A stretch of DNA of 20,000 nt, from IMG/VR virus record IMGVR_UViG_3300020178_000825, positions 106,057-126,056 of that record; one strand, 5' to 3'. The notes beneath the pieces were generated by a model that had not been told where the DNA came from, did no database searches, and worked only from the letters and a program-made list of their open reading frames with translations. A program made the position numbers and the translations under genes. Source of the DNA: an uncultured virus (IMG/VR IMGVR_UViG_3300020178_000825). Its lineage: Duplodnaviria > Heunggongvirae > Uroviricota > Caudoviricetes. Shown here in pieces: positions 18,473 through 20,000 of the stretch (within the stretch, counting starts at the first letter, position 1; every line of letters begins with the position of its first letter).

Positions 18473-18616
18473 TTATCTACCCTGCCCTCTATATGCCTTT
18501 TTGTAATTTCTACTATTTTTAGATTTTGAAGTTTTACTCTTAGCGTGAACACCAGGTCTCTTCTTACTTTGAGAACGATATAACGAAATACCAAAACCTC
18601 CCTTTGCTTTTGCCAT
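18473..18616 (-). CDS. Small basic protein (47 aa) ending in YRGQGR
   Basis: Hand translation MAKAKGGFGISLYRSQSKKRPGVHAKSKTSKSKNSRNYKKAYRGQGR*; ATG start, TAA stop, motif variant upstream; not in the ORF track. Confidence 0.8.
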   Translation of the reverse strand: MAKAKGGFGISLYRSQSKKRPGVHAKSKTSKSKNSRNYKKAYRGQGR

Positions 18617-18635
18617 AATTTATTATTATATACCA

Positions 18636-18643
18636 ATAAGTAT
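18636..18643 (-). promoter_or_regulatory. Variant promoter motif ATACTTAT
   Basis: Plus strand ATAAGTAT, 19 nt from the ATG at 18616, one mismatch to the core motif. Confidence 0.45.
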
Positions 18644-18668
18644 ATTATACTAAATCAAACAAAAACAA

Positions 18669-19199
18669 TTACTTATTCTTATAAAAATATTCCAATATAT
18701 CTTTCTCCAACATATAATCCATTACGAAGTTATCCCCATACATAATGCTGGTAAATGTTCCATTACCCTCTTCGGTAATTTCAATTACATAATCCACCTC
18801 ATTATAGGTAACTTCATAACTTTCGGATTTTCTAATTCGTTTAATACTTCTATGCTCATCAGTTCTTTCAATAACTTCCTTTCCACTTAAATCGGGAACA
18901 TTAATCAGTTTGGTTACACACTTAGCATAATTCGTTTTAAGGGTGTCTACGAAGAAGATATCATTCATACTACTCATTAGATACAATCGTTGTTTAGAAT
19001 CCAAGCCACCTGCCTTAAAATTACCTGTGAACTGAACGATGGGTAGTTTTAATAAAAAATTTTGTGTATCTTCTCTTAGGGTCTTAAAATCTACGATAGA
19101 ACTGATATGATGTGGTTCTGATACTTCCCTATCAAATGGTATGGATAATACATCATAGTAAGTTTCCACACTAACTTTATCTATGATTTGAGGACTCAT
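18669..19199 (-). CDS. Hypothetical protein
   Basis: 176-aa ORF, 2 nt downstream of the membrane-protein stop; no recognised motif. Confidence 0.7.
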   Translation of the reverse strand: MSPQIIDKVSVETYYDVLSIPFDREVSEPHHISSIVDFKTLREDTQNFLLKLPIVQFTGNFKAGGLDSKQRLYLMSSMNDIFFVDTLKTNYAKCVTKLINVPDLSGKEVIERTDEHRSIKRIRKSESYEVTYNEVDYVIEITEEGNGTFTSIMYGDNFVMDYMLEKDILEYFYKNK

Positions 19200-19201
19200 C
19201 T

Positions 19202-19795
19202 TTATTCTTTTTCAGTTGCATACTTTACACCCATAATCGTACCAACGATTGAGAATGCGTTAGTTAGGAGAATACCAAACATATTACTCCAAGTAGAACC
19301 TATGATTTGTGTATCAGTACCAGAAATCAATGCTAACCCATACATAGCAGTTGTGAGAACACCAACTCCTATAATCACATAAAGTGCTACTTTAACAATT
19401 GTACTGATTAACTCAAATTGTGTTTTCTTTTGCATTAGTTCCAAATCTTCTAATGCTTTACCCATTCCTTTTTCGGCTTCTTGTCTTAATTGATTTGCTT
19501 CTTCTTCAGATTGTTTTGCAGATTCCAAAGCATCTTGAAGTTCTATCATCAATTCATCGGTTTCCTTTTGTTTATCAACCAACTCTTTGTTTTGTTGTTG
19601 AACTTGCTTAGTTACTTGTAATCTTTTTCTACGAGCAGTAGAATCTTTATCCTTACATATTTTAAGATATTCTTCAAACTCGGTATCCCCATCGGGTGCT
19701 TTTAAGAGTTTAAGAAAGTTTCCTTCAACATAAACTTTCCTTTTCTTAGCAACACCCAATAGGATATCTCTGGTATGTTTCGTAACCTCAATCAT
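19202..19795 (-). CDS. Membrane protein with long coiled coil and two C-terminal transmembrane helices
   Basis: 197 aa; charged heptad region around aa 55-125, hydrophobic IVKVALYVIIGVGVLTTAMYGLALI and MFGILLTNAFSIVGTIMGV. Confidence 0.8.
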   Translation of the reverse strand: MIEVTKHTRDILLGVAKKRKVYVEGNFLKLLKAPDGDTEFEEYLKICKDKDSTARRKRLQVTKQVQQQNKELVDKQKETDELMIELQDALESAKQSEEEANQLRQEAEKGMGKALEDLELMQKKTQFELISTIVKVALYVIIGVGVLTTAMYGLALISGTDTQIIGSTWSNMFGILLTNAFSIVGTIMGVKYATEKE

Positions 19796-19803
19796 TGTAA
19801 AAC

Positions 19804-20000
19804 TTATTTATAAATTTTGAATGGAGCGGTTCGGTTTAGATATCCTTCATAATCTTTTCTGAATTCTTCTAATCGAGGTTCAATATCATCGGATTTAATA
19901 ATCCAAAATTGTGCACCTGCTGATTTTGCTTTTTCAATTTCTTGATTATCATCTGAAGATGAGATAATACCAATTACACATCCGTTACCATATTCAAAAT
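19804..20000 (-). CDS. Response regulator receiver (REC/CheY-like) protein, C-terminal part
   Basis: Hand translation from 19998: FEYGNGCVIGIISSSDDNQEIEKAKSAGAQFWIIKSDDIEPRLEEFRKDYEGYLNRTAPFKIYK*; beta4 with conserved Ser, alpha4 with A-x-x-x-GA, beta5 with aromatic residue and conserved Lys. Confidence 0.8.
   Translation of the reverse strand, partial: FEYGNGCVIGIISSSDDNQEIEKAKSAGAQFWIIKSDDIEPRLEEFRKDYEGYLNRTAPFKIYK

Noticed and set aside
18455..18484. Possible terminator after the 47-aa gene (GTAG-ataatc-CTAC then T-tract)
   Set aside because: The stem is only about 4 bp, too weak to call.
18436..18636. 66-aa minus-strand ORF in the track
   Set aside because: It overlaps the better 47-aa ORF in another frame and runs across the promoter motif at 18441-18450.
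1558..19611. Remaining short plus-strand ORFs
   Set aside because: All lie antisense to long minus-strand genes, with typical shadow composition and no recognisable motifs.
1..20000. CRISPR array, tRNA/rRNA, intron, intein, transposase, diversity-generating retroelement
   Set aside because: No spaced repeats, no non-coding gap over about 90 bp, and no intein, homing endonuclease or reverse transcriptase motifs seen.

Overview
AT-rich (roughly 30% GC by eye), densely coded window with every credible gene on the minus strand. It reads as the baseplate/tail morphogenesis module of a large contractile-tailed (myovirus-type) phage. In transcription order (right to left) it holds: the C-terminal part of a CheY-like receiver (REC) protein, a coiled-coil/2-TM membrane protein, two hypotheticals and a 47-aa basic protein missed by the ORF track. 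Next come a gp5/gpV-like spike, a proline-rich protein, two hypotheticals, a gp25/gpW-like protein, a gp6/gpJ-like wedge, a DNRLRE-like protein and three putative virion proteins (one with a PEGA-like motif). The module ends with a 1407-aa protein with P2 gpI-like and LamG-like motifs and three genes carrying pieces of the P2 gpH/DUF3751 tail-collar motif. All six intergenic gaps longer than 30 bp contain an ATA(T/C)TTAT motif on the coding strand, the likely phage promoter. One clear intrinsic terminator is present, and all 19 visible stops are TAA. No capsid, sheath or terminase gene is in view, so phage versus extracellular contractile injection system is an inference. All family calls come from motif recognition by eye, not database searches.
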